Below are positions 35,696 through 48,190 of a stretch of DNA of 64,000 bases, one piece after another. Each line of letters starts with the position of its first letter. Within the stretch, counting starts at the first letter, position 1. The stretch lies in the NCBI GenBank assembly GCA_051294375.1, contig CM119265.1:12327866-12391865 (forward strand). The letters are read 5' to 3'. The notes under the pieces were generated by a model that had not been told where the DNA came from, did not search any database, and saw only the letters and a list, made by a program, of their open reading frames with translations. The translations under genes and the position numbers were made by a program. The stretch is from Paraspadella gotoi. Its lineage: Eukaryota > Animalia > Chaetognatha.

Positions 35696-38600
35696 ATGAC
35701 TTCGACTTTCGTTCGTCGCGTGGCATTTCCAATCACTTTAGACCACGTTACACGTTGCATGGCGACGGTGTCGCCGTTAAATCATCAAGCTCCGGCCGAG
35801 TTACTAAGTAAATGGCGAGACCCCAAATTTCCTCGCTCGAAACTACAGCACTTTCTCGAATACGACAACCAAGAAAAGAAGGCGAAGTTCCGCAAACTGC
35901 TCAGCAGTCCAGAATTCATTCCCATCTATGATACTTCACTGCCGCAAGAAAGACAAAGCGCTTTAGTTCGGCTGAAGAAAGTCTGTGACGAAGGATTCAT
36001 ATCCGTATTGGATTTTGTACACAACCCGTTATGGGTAAGATTAATTGTAGGATTGAGACGTTTCCTGATAAATAATAATTTCGTACATGCAGGTTTTCTC
36101 CGCTCACGAATATGCTGCTGCCATCGATCCCGCGATGGCCACCAAGATGACCGTACAGTTTAATCTTTTCGGCGGCACCGTCCTCAAATTAGGTACGAAG
36201 CGCCACCATGATAAACTTCTCGCCGGTATCGATTCTTTAGAAGACGTCGGATGTTTTGGCTTGTCTGAACTCGGCTACGGCAACAACGCCGTGCAAATGG
36301 AGACGACCGCGATATACGACAAGGAAAAGGATGAACTGATCGTGAATACTCCGACGCCTCTCGCGCAAAAGTACTGGATAACCAACGGCGCTTTGCACGC
36401 ACATCATATTGTCGTTTTTGCGCAGCTTTATGTCGATGGAGTCAACGAGGGCATTCACGGTGTTCTAGTTCCGATAAGGTCTTGGAAAATAGCTCGTCTT
36501 ACCATTTTTCCTCTCAACGTTAATGTCTCCATTTTAAATTATTTCCACAGAAACAAAGACATGTCCGTGGTAAAGGGCGTTACTATCCATGATATGGGTC
36601 ATAAGATCGGTCTCAATGGAATCGACAATGCCAAGTTTTACTTTGACAATGTCCGCGTTCCCCGAGAGAATCTTCTCAATTCCAACTCGGACATTTCGCA
36701 GGATGGAAAGTATTTCACCAACATCAAAGGGTCGGCCCGTCGGCGATTTCTTGTTCTCGCTGATCAACTTTTGTCCGGGCGTCTTTGTATATCTTCAATG
36801 TCCCAAGTAACGCTTAACTCGATTCGTTGAGTGTTATTCAATTGTATTTCATGTAGTTGAATGGTCTTGATAATTCTACTATTAATTATTAACACTAATA
36901 ACAACCTTCTTATTCCGCCTTTGTGACTCAGGGAGCGACTAAATCTTGCATGGCCATCGCGATCCGGTATTCAGCTGCTCGTCTTGCCGCTGGGCCTCAA
37001 GGACTTTCGGACGCTCCAATCCTTTCGTATCAATTACAACAAAACGCTCTCATGTCTTTGCTAGCTCAGACAGTCATTTACGATATAGCCCTAAGCTACA
37101 TCAAACAACGTTGGGCGGATCAGGTGAGATGTTTTGTTTTCGTGTATGTACGTGTTTTTCCGCTGTGTATGGACGAGCAATCGTCGAGCATTTCTTGCTT
37201 TTTACAGAACAAAGACGATCCAAGAGACGCAACGGAAGTTGTGATGATGTGTTGCGTCATTAAAGCCATTACTGGTTGGCACGTCAATATAGCCGCCAAT
37301 ACCACGCGGGAACGTTGTGGCGGTGCGGGTTTCCTATCCGCTAACAGGTGGAAATCAAATAAATTAATTTTTAGTCGGATCTGCTTATCAGCAGATCCCG
37401 ACTCTATAATTCACTTTGTCGGTCCGCCCCCTCAATCTTGTCGGGCACTCACTTATATCATGTCAGAACATCGAATTATGATAAATTACAGAAGGATTCA
37501 TATTATAAAATGTGGTACCCCTTTTTTGTGACCAGAATCTGTTCCCACCAAAGTACTCGATCAAATTTTATGAAATTTTACATATACAGTCCTAATGATG
37601 ATATAAATGGAACTATCCAGGCGAATCTTGATATTCAACCCCTGACAAGAGATATAGGGTCCTGGGGCTGGACCCCTGGGGGGCCAAAAAGGGCTAATTT
37701 TTTTTTTTTATATTTTAATATTTTTTAGTAGCATCAGGTACATTGACGTCTTAAACGGGTAAAAAAAACATTTTAGAACTAAAATTGATAAATTTTCAAT
37801 AATTAAGCATTGTTTGAAGATGCATGGTTCATCGTTTTACTAACAATTTTCCAAAATTATTCCAAATCTGACTTGAACAGCTGATGTTCATGAAGATGAA
37901 AATTAAGGAAAACTAACATTTTTTAGGTAATAAATAGGTTTTTGTGGAAGAGTAAACGTCTGCGCAACTGTTCAAAACAAAAATATTTGAACAATTTGTA
38001 AAAAAATTTTGACCATTTTTTGCCCCAATGGGTGACCCCCCAGAGGGCCCATATCTCGGCTCAGGGGTCAATTATTGAAATAATATTATAATATAATTAT
38101 TATATTATATTATTATTATTATTATTATTATTATATTATTATTATAATATTATTATTGAAATATTTCTATTTGTATTCACATAGGGATCGTTCATTCCAA
38201 ATTTCAATAAATTTGGTCCAGTAGTTTTCTCGGAACGTGTTCTGGTCACAAAAAAGGGGTACCACATTTTATAGTATGAAGCCTTCTGTATGCAAAGAAA
38301 ATGATGTCCGTCCGTCCGTCCCCCCTTAGAAAAAAACGCCAATTACTCGTGATTGTATGGATGGATTGGAATGAAATTTTGTGCTTGGATAGGGAAGTGT
38401 GTGATTGAGCTGGATATGAAGTTTTGATGGAATCGTCCTAGTGGAAATGAGTTTAAATGAAAAAAAATATATATATTTCACTATTTGAATACCAATTGCT
38501 CATAAGTGGATAGGGCGATTGCCCTGAAATGTTGTATGTGGGTAGGAAAGTGTGATTAAGCTGGAAATCAAGTTTCGATGGAATCATCTGAGTGGAAATT

Positions 38601-39799
38601 AGTTTAAATGGAAAAAACAAAAAAACCTGTTTTACTAATTGATTATGCTTCTTTTTCTTTTTATATTAGATGTAAATGCAAGATGTATTAATTAATCAAA
38701 TAATTAATCAATATTTAAATAATCAGTCAATCGTTATCGGCATTATTCTCATCGTCATTGCTTTTGTCGTGGTTAGTGACGAAAAGACCTAAAAACAAAC
38801 ATTTGGGATCTAATTAATTAATTAATTAGTAATTATTAATAATAAATTAAGTAATTAATTATTAATTAATTAATTACCGATAATGATCGTGGGCAGATCC
38901 GACATTGTTTGCTCAAACTTGTTTATGATAAACACTTATTTTAAAAATTCCTGTAGATTTGGTATCGCTATCGCTGGCTCGCATTCTTCTATTACAGCGG
39001 AGGGTGATAACTCTGTGCTAATGATGAAGACTGCCTCAGAATATCTTGGTCTCAACAAAAAAAAGCTGAGTGACCCGATCACTTTAGTAACCCACTTCGC
39101 TAAGGTAGGGAAGAAGTTCTCTTTGGCGATTGGCAGGAGTAAAATTTACATTTTACATAAATTACTATTTTCATTAGATTTTTGCGAGAAAGCTGAGCCT
39201 CGGCCTGGTTGGTGGCACTAATTTGGAGTCTCCGCAATCGATACACGCTGTGTTGGAAAGTCACGAGTACGCCTTGGCATCTCGATTAGGAATGGTGATG
39301 TCCAAAGCCGGCAAGAAAGGTTACTTCGATACCTGGGTTCATAAAGAGCAGCACGTCGTTCAGAGTTTGGGACGGGCTTACGGCGACTGCCTCATAAGCA
39401 CAAGAGCCAGCAAGGCCATTAATAAGGCCGACCCCGAAATCCAGGTGGAGTAATGTAGGATATGCATAATATAATTTTCAATTTTTTTTGAACATTCTTT
39501 AATTTTACCACCAGCCGATCCTCAAAAAACTCTACCACTTGTACCTCGTCGACGTCCTCGAAAAGAAAAAAGGCGATCTGTTCGCCGATGGGCTGATTTC
39601 TGCATCGACTGTCCGAAAAATCTCGACGGTGCATCGAAGATTAACACGAGAAATCGGGCCAGACGCTCTGAACATCGCTGACAGTTTCGGATTGACGGAC
39701 GAGATGCTTAGCGCGCCCATCGCGCGAGACTGGCACACATGGAACGCTGCCGACAACCAGGGAGAAGTTCAATCGCCAGAGCTGCTAGGTACGTGCTAA
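35696..39799 (+). CDS. Acyl-CoA oxidase family protein
   Basis: KMTVQFNLFGGTV, GCFGLSELGYGNN, AQKYWITNG, DMGHKIGLNGIDN, RERCGGAGFLSAN, ITAEGDNSVLM. Large intron 37348-38956. An alternative start is ATG 35759. Confidence 0.92.
37374..38924 (+). mobile_element. HINE-like family 2 element in the acyl-CoA oxidase intron
   Basis: Sub-terminal IR GTCGGATCTGC (37374) / GCAGATCCGAC (38893); 5' hairpin GTCGGATCTGC-TTATCA-GCAGATCCCGAC; (GTCC)n at ~38306; 3' GTTTG-CT-CAAAC; T-rich flanks. Confidence 0.7.
37489..38288. mobile_element. TA-flanked MITE (Tc1/mariner-like) nested in the HINE-like element
   Basis: ~49-bp TIR CAGAAGGATTCATATTATAAAATGTGGTACCCCTTTTTTGTGACCAGAA with its near-perfect complement at 38240-38288; TA on both sides. 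Confidence 0.85.
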
Positions 39800-40418
39800 G
39801 TCCAACCCCGCCCATAATATAGTTCAATATTATAAAACGCGTTATTTATTTTCATTTTAAAAATTCGCCTGTAGGAGTCGTGAGGCAGTAAAGCAGTTAC
39901 CAGTCAAGACAAATGAAATCATTCGGATACCTTTTTTGTTTAAATTTTTTTTTTTTGTATTTTGTGAAAAATTATTACGTCCTCTTCCTTCCATTTTTGC
40001 AATCATGTGTCCAATTCATGCCCTTTCTAAACAGGTCAACATTCTCGCAAAACAGAATCAGTTGAATCAGGTAAGAATTACACTGATATGGAGCTCGAAC
40101 CCACCGACGAAGAGCAAATTCTACGACGTGCTGCTAACTGAAAATAAAGATGCCAACGTTTATGATTACTTTCAAATGACTACAGACTAGTTACGCCTAT
40201 GGTGTACACTGTACAATGTACACTGTACATATATATCTATTTGTGGTTTTGAAGTTTGTACTGCTTATACTAGTCACTACTCACTTTCTTAATAGCATAT
40301 GGTGCAACGTTCAATGCAAACGGAGAAAAAAAAATTAAAACCACTTAAGTTTTCAAGGAATATTTTCGTTTTTTAGTTTCACTGTGATATTAGTCACAAG
40401 CATTCCATTTCTGCAACT

Positions 40419-43400
40419 ATGAGTTCTCCCGAAGAAATTTCGTGGAATTTCGAACAGATCAAATTGGAATTGATGACTTCGGTGAGAGACTGTCAACAAC
40501 GAGGTTTGACCCATAGCGCCAAATGGTCTGCCGAACTGAACTTCTCAATTAAAGAGCCCTCAACCAAAGAGATAGATCAAACCTCGAACATTAGTGGTAA
40601 CTATAAAAAACTACTGTTTTCCAAAGCCAAAACCTATATGATTTAAACATGGCCATTTTATTTATTTTTTTTTTCAGCCATAGAGTATGACCAATATCTC
40701 ATGGCAAAATCCTTCTTCGATCTCAAAGAATTTGATCGAGCGGCTCATTTCACGGAAAATTGCTCCAACGATTGCTGCCGCTTTTTACACTTATACAGCA
40801 AGTACATGTCGGGGGAGAAAAAACGACTCGAGTCAGAAACGGAGATAATGAAGTCCGGACAGGAAAAAGGCAACAACGCGGCCAACGCCACCGCAGCCAA
40901 CGCTTGTCTCAAAAACATTCGCGTGGAATTACGGAAACTTGAAGCTGTCGAAAAACTGGATGGATATGGCTATTACTTGTACGGAGTCGTGTTGAAAAAA
41001 CTAGACTTGACGGAAGATGCGTTGACGATGCTGCTAAAGGCGGTTGAAGAAACTCCTCTTCATTGGGGCGCTTGGTTAGAATTATCGTCGCTGATTACCG
41101 ACAAAGAAATGCTCTCCGGTTAGGCTTTAAAAACACGTTATCGTTTTCGGTTTGTACGGATTTAAATCCGTATTTATCAAATTTAAGTAAGAATGAATTC
41201 CGTTAGGTCAGCAGTTGCCGGATCATTGGATGCGATTTTTTTTCCTTGCCTACGCTTATTTGGATTTACAATTAAATGAACAAGCTCTGACTCTTTATCA
41301 GGAGTTATCCAAAGTTGGATTTTCACAATCAACTCACGTTCTTGCTCAGGTATGCAGTTTAGAGTTTTGCGTGATTAGCTTTTAGTAATACCATTGACTG
41401 GGTTTTACTTTAAATCGCAGATCGCGCTCGCTTTTCACAATATGAGAGATGTGGACATCGCCGTAGACGCCTTCAAGCACCTTCTTCAGCTTGATCCTTT
41501 TCGCTTGGAAAACATGGACAGTTATTCTAACTTGCTGTACGTTAAGGCGGTCCGTCCGGAACTTTGCTACTTGGCGCATCGCATGGTCGAAATTGACAAA
41601 TACCGGGTGGAAACCTGCTGCGTAGTCGGAAACTACTACTCGCTGCGGGGAGAACATCAAAAGGCTGTCTTCTACTTTCAAAGAGTCTTACGCCTCAATC
41701 CTCAGTATCTTTCGGCCTGGACTCTCATGGGACACGAGTTCATGGAAATGAAGAACACTGCCGCCGCCATTCAGGCTTACAGGTAATTTTATTTGTAACG
41801 TATGACTTTCTCGAGCTATTGCCGTAAAATGAACGTACAATTGTAATAAGGCATGCGATCGAAGCTAACCGCAAAGATTATCGCGCTTGGTACGGACTCG
41901 GGCAAACATACGAGATGCTGAAGATGTCGCACTATTGCCTCTACTATTACCGGCAAGCCCAGTATCTGCGACCCAATGATTCGCGGATGTGCGTAGCCTT
42001 GGGAAACGCTTACGAAAAACTCGATAGGTTACAGGTAAATTTCTTCTTTTTATTACTCATGAAACTCTTCAATTTTAGATTAAATGATGATTGATGACTC
42101 TTGTTATAGCATCGCAGGAGACTTAACCTCACCTAAAGTTTTTCCTTAAATGATAGGAAGCTAAAAAATGCTACTGGCATGCTCACTGTGTCGGGGACAT
42201 TGAGGGTGAAGCCATTGTCAGCTTGGCCAGATTGTACGAAAAATCCAACGAGGAAGAGAGAGCGGCATCCGCTTTTGCCAGATACGTCCAAGATTCAGAG
42301 TTGCAAGGCATTTTAAAATTCGAAGATTTAAGTCACGCCTACAGGTGAAAAGTGATAACTTTTTGTCATTTTCTTCGTCTTTTATACATTTTTATCGTCA
42401 CTTTACGTTTGCGACGATATTGTAACGCTTTTGCGCATAAGTGGCGTCGTCGTCGTCGGGGTTCCAAATTATAGTATAGATCGCCTTTTTTATGATTAAA
42501 TTTAGGTGTATGAAGCTGAAAATTTATATACAGCTTCTCATCATCGATGTGCTTAAAATTGAATCTGGACAGTTATTAAATGTTTTGTTTGTTTTATCAA
42601 AACAAACAAATTTTCTCTCTTTTATTTTCATATTTCTTTCTCTCTCTCTTTTCTCTTTTAATTACATGTCTCTCTCCCTCTCTCGGTTCTTTAGTCACTG
42701 ATTCATAATCATAGCCTATGACATAGGTAGTCCCAAAAGTTAGTAATATACAGACATCGAGTTTCATAAAAAACGTTTGCACACTTAATCAGACATATAA
42801 ATAAATAATTTTCGTATAAAAATATTTAAGTTTAATGCATCGAACATGAGAGATCCCGAGATCGAATACGTCATTTCGTATCTTTTTAATGTTAAAGACC
42901 GGTCAAGCCGGTCAAAAAGAACAAAAGATACTAGCGAACCTGGCGGATATTCGCGAATTTTTCATAAAAAGAGCATCTTTTGCCTGAGAAATCTGACGAT
43001 GAGTTTACTTTTTTTAAACAACATATGTATTATTAATAATATTTTCTATGTTTTATTAATAATTTCATAATGCTTAATAATTTTATGAGTTTTTAGAAGC
43101 TGCATATTGTGATTTTTAATAGTTTTTTCTGTTTTTTTTATAGGAAAACATTTTGGAATTAATCACTATTTTTGTTTTGCTGTACTGAAATTCAGTCTGA
43201 ACATATACTTAAGAGAAAATTAATATAATATATGATTTTATATAGTCAAATGATAAATAACAATAAATATAATTAATATTTAATAAAAGATTAAATTTTT
43301 TTAAACAATGATAATGTTTATACAAAAACATAAATGCTTTAATCGGATATGATTTGATTACAATTTTATCCCCTTCTTCTATATTATATATAATTTTTAT

Positions 43401-45495
43401 ATTGGTTGTTTCCAATTTTCATTATAAAAGCCATTTTTCCTAGTTAAGTTCTCTGTTTTCTTTTATCAATGAAAGTAGTTTTTTGATTATGATCAGAATA
43501 TTGTGGTATTCCTTTCGTTTCGTTGTTTTGGTATTTGGCGAAACAAGTTTAGATTTGTACTACAACGATTTTATTTGATATAAACAGACATGTTTCGACT
43601 CTTGTTCGAGTCTTCATCACACATCAGTGTTTTTTTTTGGGGGGGGGGAAATCTAAACTTTGTTTTCGCCAAAGATCAGAATATTAAACAAATTAATAGA
43701 GACAGTTATTTATACAATATCAAAAATGAGTCCAATTCATGTTGCCGCAAACACAAAAAGGATCCAATCGTCCATTCTATGTATTTGCTATTCAAATTTA
43801 GTAATATTTATTAGATCGTAATTTAATTTTCTTCCTGATCATTCAAGCATAATATACTTAAATCATTGATTCTGATATTGTGTTACGCCGGTCATGACTT
43901 GACACGACCGTGGCCGTCGGACCCGACGACGGGAGAGATCGGAGTCGTGCCTCGCCCGTTTCACGAGAAGAGAATGTGAAGAAGATCAGGATTATTTTTA
44001 ACGTTTGAAACGTCGCCGAGCGAGAGAGTTGTCCCTCTCGAATACCCGGACGTTAAACGCTTTTAACTCAGCGTTGGTAGTTTAAATTTTAAGTGTTTTA
44101 ATCTCACGTTTTTAACCTTTTACCGTCGAAATTAAACTCATTAATTTCACCATCGTTTTTATAAACTAATTCTCATCGCCATTTTATATTGTTGATAAAT
44201 AAACTTACCAACGTTCCAAAAAGTATAACGAATCGAGAGAGGCAGAACATATTGAATGGATCCTTTTCACTTATCTATATTGTATATACTGAGAATTTAT
44301 CAAATTATTAACATTTAGCTTTCAGTTTTTAGCTTTTAACTTTTAGAATTTTATTTAATATTCGTTTCGTAGAAAAGAAAAATATTTTTTCAAATATTAT
44401 GATTATCAGTTTTATGTAAAAGTCTGTTATGAGTATATAGAGTAAGATTAGACTAACACTAAAATTGCCCTGCTTTCCAAGCTTGTGTTCTAAAAATTTA
44501 AAATTTCCTGTTTTTGTTTTTGTTTCTGAAAAAAAATTTCTCTTTGTGAATACTAATTACGCAACAAAACCGAAAGAATAAAACCAAAATTTCCTGTTAA
44601 GAATAGTTGACTAAAATATTCTTTAAAAAATATATATTTGGCTATAGAAAAATATTCATTAATGATTTTAAACTATTTATTTTTTTTTGCAATAATTTTT
44701 AAAATATATTTTTTTTATTAATTATTATTATTTTTAAATTATTAAATATTATTATAATAATATTATTTATATTTTTGATAATATTAATATTAGTATTATT
44801 ATTTTATTTAATATTTTATTGGTTATTTTTATCTGAGTTATTCCAAGTTTTTCCATATTTACCTATAAGGACGTATAATGGTAACTTAAACGAAATGAAT
44901 TATACAATTTATAATACAATTTATATTATATTATATGTAATAAGGAATTTAAGCAAGCAAAATAGTTAATATTTTATTTTAATGCAAAAATCTCTTTGAA
45001 TTCCTAATTTTGGTAAGAAAAAGCATTCAAGCTCTCATTTAATTGCTATTTGTCTTATTTATATTAGTATAAATACTAAAAACTATAATATTTAATTATT
45101 TATTATATTACAATAGTAAAACGTTTAAAATTACGCGAATAAAGAGCGTCATTGTTATCTTGACAGATTCGATCGTAAGCTAATTTGCATATAATTTAGG
45201 AGCCAAATAAAAATCGACGGGATCTCTCATGTTGAGAATTTCAAATCGAATAAAAGGTGTTTTAAATTAAAGTATATATGTGGTGTGATCACTTGTGTGA
45301 ACGTTTTTTGAAAATCTGAATCCATCTTGATACACTAACATAGGGAAAAAACGAGTCTGCAGCTGGCTCTGCAGGGGCTTATTCTTTTTCTCTCTTTTCT
45401 CCTGCTGCTTCTGCTGCTGCCTTTTGATTTCTTTCTTTTTTTCTGGGTGCCTCTGCTGCTGCCGCTGCTGATTCGTCTGAAAACGATTTGGCTTC

Positions 45496-45543
<48 letters not shown>

Positions 45544-46549
45544 TAATTTTTTTCCTCTAAAAACGATTATTATCACCATTTATTCCCAAATTTACATCCG
45601 AGATTTTCGTGGATTTTTTTCCTAAATATTCTAAATATCAATCGGAATAATTTTTTTTTTTAATATATATTTACTTTATTATTTTATTTTACTTTATCTC
45701 ATTTTACTTCACTTTAGTCTTTACTTCACTTCTTCAGTCTGGTTCAAGTTTCACTTTGTCTTTTGTCTGGGAATGCTGACAGTGTTTAGAGAGGTCGCAT
45801 TCGATCAAACTGTAAAAGTAAAACAAAAGTACCTTTAATAATGTTTCTCCAGACTTAGTACTTGCTAAAAAAATTAAACTCGAAAATAAGTTATTTTACT
45901 GTTTTATATTTATTATTCTTTATTTTATTTTATTTTTAATTTTTTTTCTTTTATTTTTCTCATTTGATTTTTTAGTATCATTGCGTCAATCCTGATTTTT
46001 CTTATGTGCGATTGCGACGATCCTTATGCTTTTAAGATTTTTTGTCTTTTCTATCACCAGCTATCTCGCCAACTTTTATCTTAAACGCCGAAGATTAGAA
46101 GAAGCATATTATAACGCACAAAAATGTACAGAATTTAACGAGACTCGCGAAATGGGAAAATCCTTGTTGCGCCAAATAGCCCACCTTAGAGCTTTGGAGT
46201 CAGCAACGCCCGCCGATGCTTCCGAATCCGTAATCGAGAATCAAGGAGAATCCGAGCCTTTGGACAAAGTGGGATTGGGTAAATGTTTGATAGATTTGTA
46301 CAAATGCAATATGCTTTTATTTATTTATTATTAGAATTAAAATTTTATTTTATTACTTTTTCTAATCTGGCAGAAAACTCTGAACCGAATCTAACGCCGG
46401 AAGGCTCTGCTAGCTGGTTTTCGTATTTGGGAACAACCTCTACTATGTCCTTGTCGCTAGGCGGCACCGCCTCCCCTCCGATAGACGCCGATTTAGACTC
46501 GCCTACTGAAGATACATCTCCTACGGGATCTTCGATGCCACAAAACTGA
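40419..46549 (+). CDS. CDC23: Cell division cycle 23 / APC8
   Basis: [100 protein letters not shown]. Large intron ~42345-46060. Confidence 0.96.
43582..43632 (-). ncRNA. Minimal type I hammerhead ribozyme remnant (Penelope-type) with a disrupted core
   Basis: Minus strand: AAACA-CTGATG[TGTGATG]A-A-GACTC gaacaa GAGTC-GAAA-CAT-GTC-TGTTT. Stems I and II are perfect; there is a 7-nt insertion in CUGAUGA. Confidence 0.65.
43881..44230 (+). mobile_element. Possible solo LTR
   Basis: GC-richer island starting TGTTACG, with AATAAA near 44198 and ending ...TATAACG (imperfect CA end); no clean TSD. Confidence 0.35.
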
Positions 46550-46619
46550 TTACTTTATAATGAATGTTTGACAAAACCGATATCTGAAGACTGTTTTATT
46601 TGTGGATTTCATTGTTTTT

Positions 46620-46632
46620 TCTTACTTTGTAG
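46620..46632 (+). promoter_or_regulatory. Candidate unpaired (trans-)splice acceptor between CDC23 and the next gene
   Basis: TTTTTTCTTACTTTGTAG ends 83 nt after the CDC23 stop and 31 nt before the next ATG. Comparable sites precede most genes in the window. Confidence 0.55.
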
Positions 46633-46663
46633 GTATCTTTCTTACCTCACTCGATATTCGATA

Positions 46664-48052
46664 ATGCCGGGACTACCGGCTTCTGCGTTCACTCAAGAAG
46701 TTATCGAGGGTTACAACCTTTCCGTTCGAGCAACGGCCAATGAAACTAGTAATTCGCAAGCAAAGAGCGATTTGCTCAGAGCCGCGCATGCTTATCGTAC
46801 TATCCTGGTTCTTGCTTCGCCCAATGAGTATCACCTTCTCAACGATGCCTACGAGAGATTGGGAATAATTTCCGTGTATCTCGCGAGGCTTTACAAAGAC
46901 GAAGAAAATGTGAGACATCATTATGAGCGAGAATCGGTTCAGATGCTAAATTATGTCTATGAAAATAGACCTATGAACAACGATATTGTAAGGAAGCATA
47001 ATATTGAACGGACGGTACTTCAAGTCTTTTACGACGAGTTGGATGCCTCCCATAATTTGGAAGAGAGTTACGTCCAAATTTTACACTTATCAGATTTTTT
47101 ATCGTTTAGATTGAAAAGCATCGTTGTCGAAGCATTAGTGCTACTCGCTGAAAGGGTATTTCAAAAAGGCGTTTGTCACAGAGAGAGGGGAAGCGGTTAT
47201 GAAGCCCTTCTTTGGCTGCGTCATACTTATAGGCCTTTATATAGAGCGGAACTTTATCTCAGCCCCAACCATCAGCAGCTGAAGGTCGATATTAGAGTTT
47301 TAGAGAAAGACACGAACCTCGAAATTTCTATTGCAAAAGCCGTGCAAGCCAACACCGACGCTCTGAACGATTTCCACAAGTATTGCTTGAAGGATATAAA
47401 AACCTATACTCCCCAACTTGCAACGGTAGATAAATTCAATTTAGCCATTAAGCTTTCAGAAGGTTGCGATTTGGAGGAAGAAGCGAAAGCCTGTTGCTAC
47501 ATAGGTCATATTCACGATAAGGTACTGGAACTACCTGATATAGCCAAAGCTTACTACATGTACGCCATGCATCTTGCCGAAGCAGCCAAACCCAAAATCT
47601 TAACGAGGAAACCTTGGTTTGTTCTGGCAATTAATTTCCTCCGAGAATATCAAAGTCTGCAGACTCTTAAAGAAACGCAAAATCGATTAAAGGAAAGACA
47701 GTTCTACCTGGATGCTTTGAAGGATGACATAAAAAATATAAATGATGCCAACAGCAACCTGCGTAATTTTGTGTCCTATTTGTATGATAATTATCCTCCG
47801 AATATGCAAAAATCTGAGCCTCCCAGTTTTCTGCCGGGTTTTGAAAAATTGATAAAGGAAGATTCGTTGTCTAAGGAAGAACTTAATGAATTCAAGGAAC
47901 TAGTCATCTTCATCATTCACGATTATAACCCAATACAAAATTTTGAGGATTCAAAAGCAGAAGACGATAAGAAGAATGCTGTTTTCGCCGAATGTGTTTC
48001 GGAAATATTGAATAAACATTATCAAGAACTCAAGAACTTTCCCCTTTCTTAA
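46664..48052 (+). CDS. Uncharacterised helical-repeat (TPR-like) protein with a degenerate J-domain-like C-terminus, intronless
   Basis: 462-aa ORF from ATG 46664; EEEAKACCYIGHIHDKVL...AKAYYMYAMHLA is TPR-like. The product assignment is tentative. Confidence 0.75.
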   Translation: MPGLPASAFTQEVIEGYNLSVRATANETSNSQAKSDLLRAAHAYRTILVLASPNEYHLLNDAYERLGIISVYLARLYKDEENVRHHYERESVQMLNYVYENRPMNNDIVRKHNIERTVLQVFYDELDASHNLEESYVQILHLSDFLSFRLKSIVVEALVLLAERVFQKGVCHRERGSGYEALLWLRHTYRPLYRAELYLSPNHQQLKVDIRVLEKDTNLEISIAKAVQANTDALNDFHKYCLKDIKTYTPQLATVDKFNLAIKLSEGCDLEEEAKACCYIGHIHDKVLELPDIAKAYYMYAMHLAEAAKPKILTRKPWFVLAINFLREYQSLQTLKETQNRLKERQFYLDALKDDIKNINDANSNLRNFVSYLYDNYPPNMQKSEPPSFLPGFEKLIKEDSLSKEELNEFKELVIFIIHDYNPIQNFEDSKAEDDKKNAVFAECVSEILNKHYQELKNFPLS

Positions 48053-48190
48053 ATTTTTATTTTTGGTTAAACGCTAATAGGCAATTGGTTGTCTAAAAAT
48101 TTTTTAAACCTGAACTTTTTTACTTTTAGAGTTTATTGGCATCATGAAGAAACCTAAGTGCTATCTTAATTTTTAAATAACGTCGCGAGA

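Larger units (their letters stand above)
42843..45233. mobile_element. Nested TIR element
   Basis: Perfect 16-bp IR AACATGAGAGATCCCG / CGGGATCTCTCATGTT; no TSD recognised. Confidence 0.55.
42394..46043 (+). mobile_element. HINE-like family 1 element with nested insertions in the CDC23 intron
   Basis: 5' hairpin TATCGTCAC...GCGACGATA, GGCGTCGTCGTCGT, (CT)n, 3' GCGATTGCGACGATCCTTATGCTTTTAAGATTTT. Both ends align with 57651-58448. Confidence 0.75.

Noticed and set aside
42492-42701. 69-aa ORF with a paralog at 57723-57959
   Set aside because: Both lie in HINE-like family 1 copies; the similarity reflects the repeat, not coding conservation.
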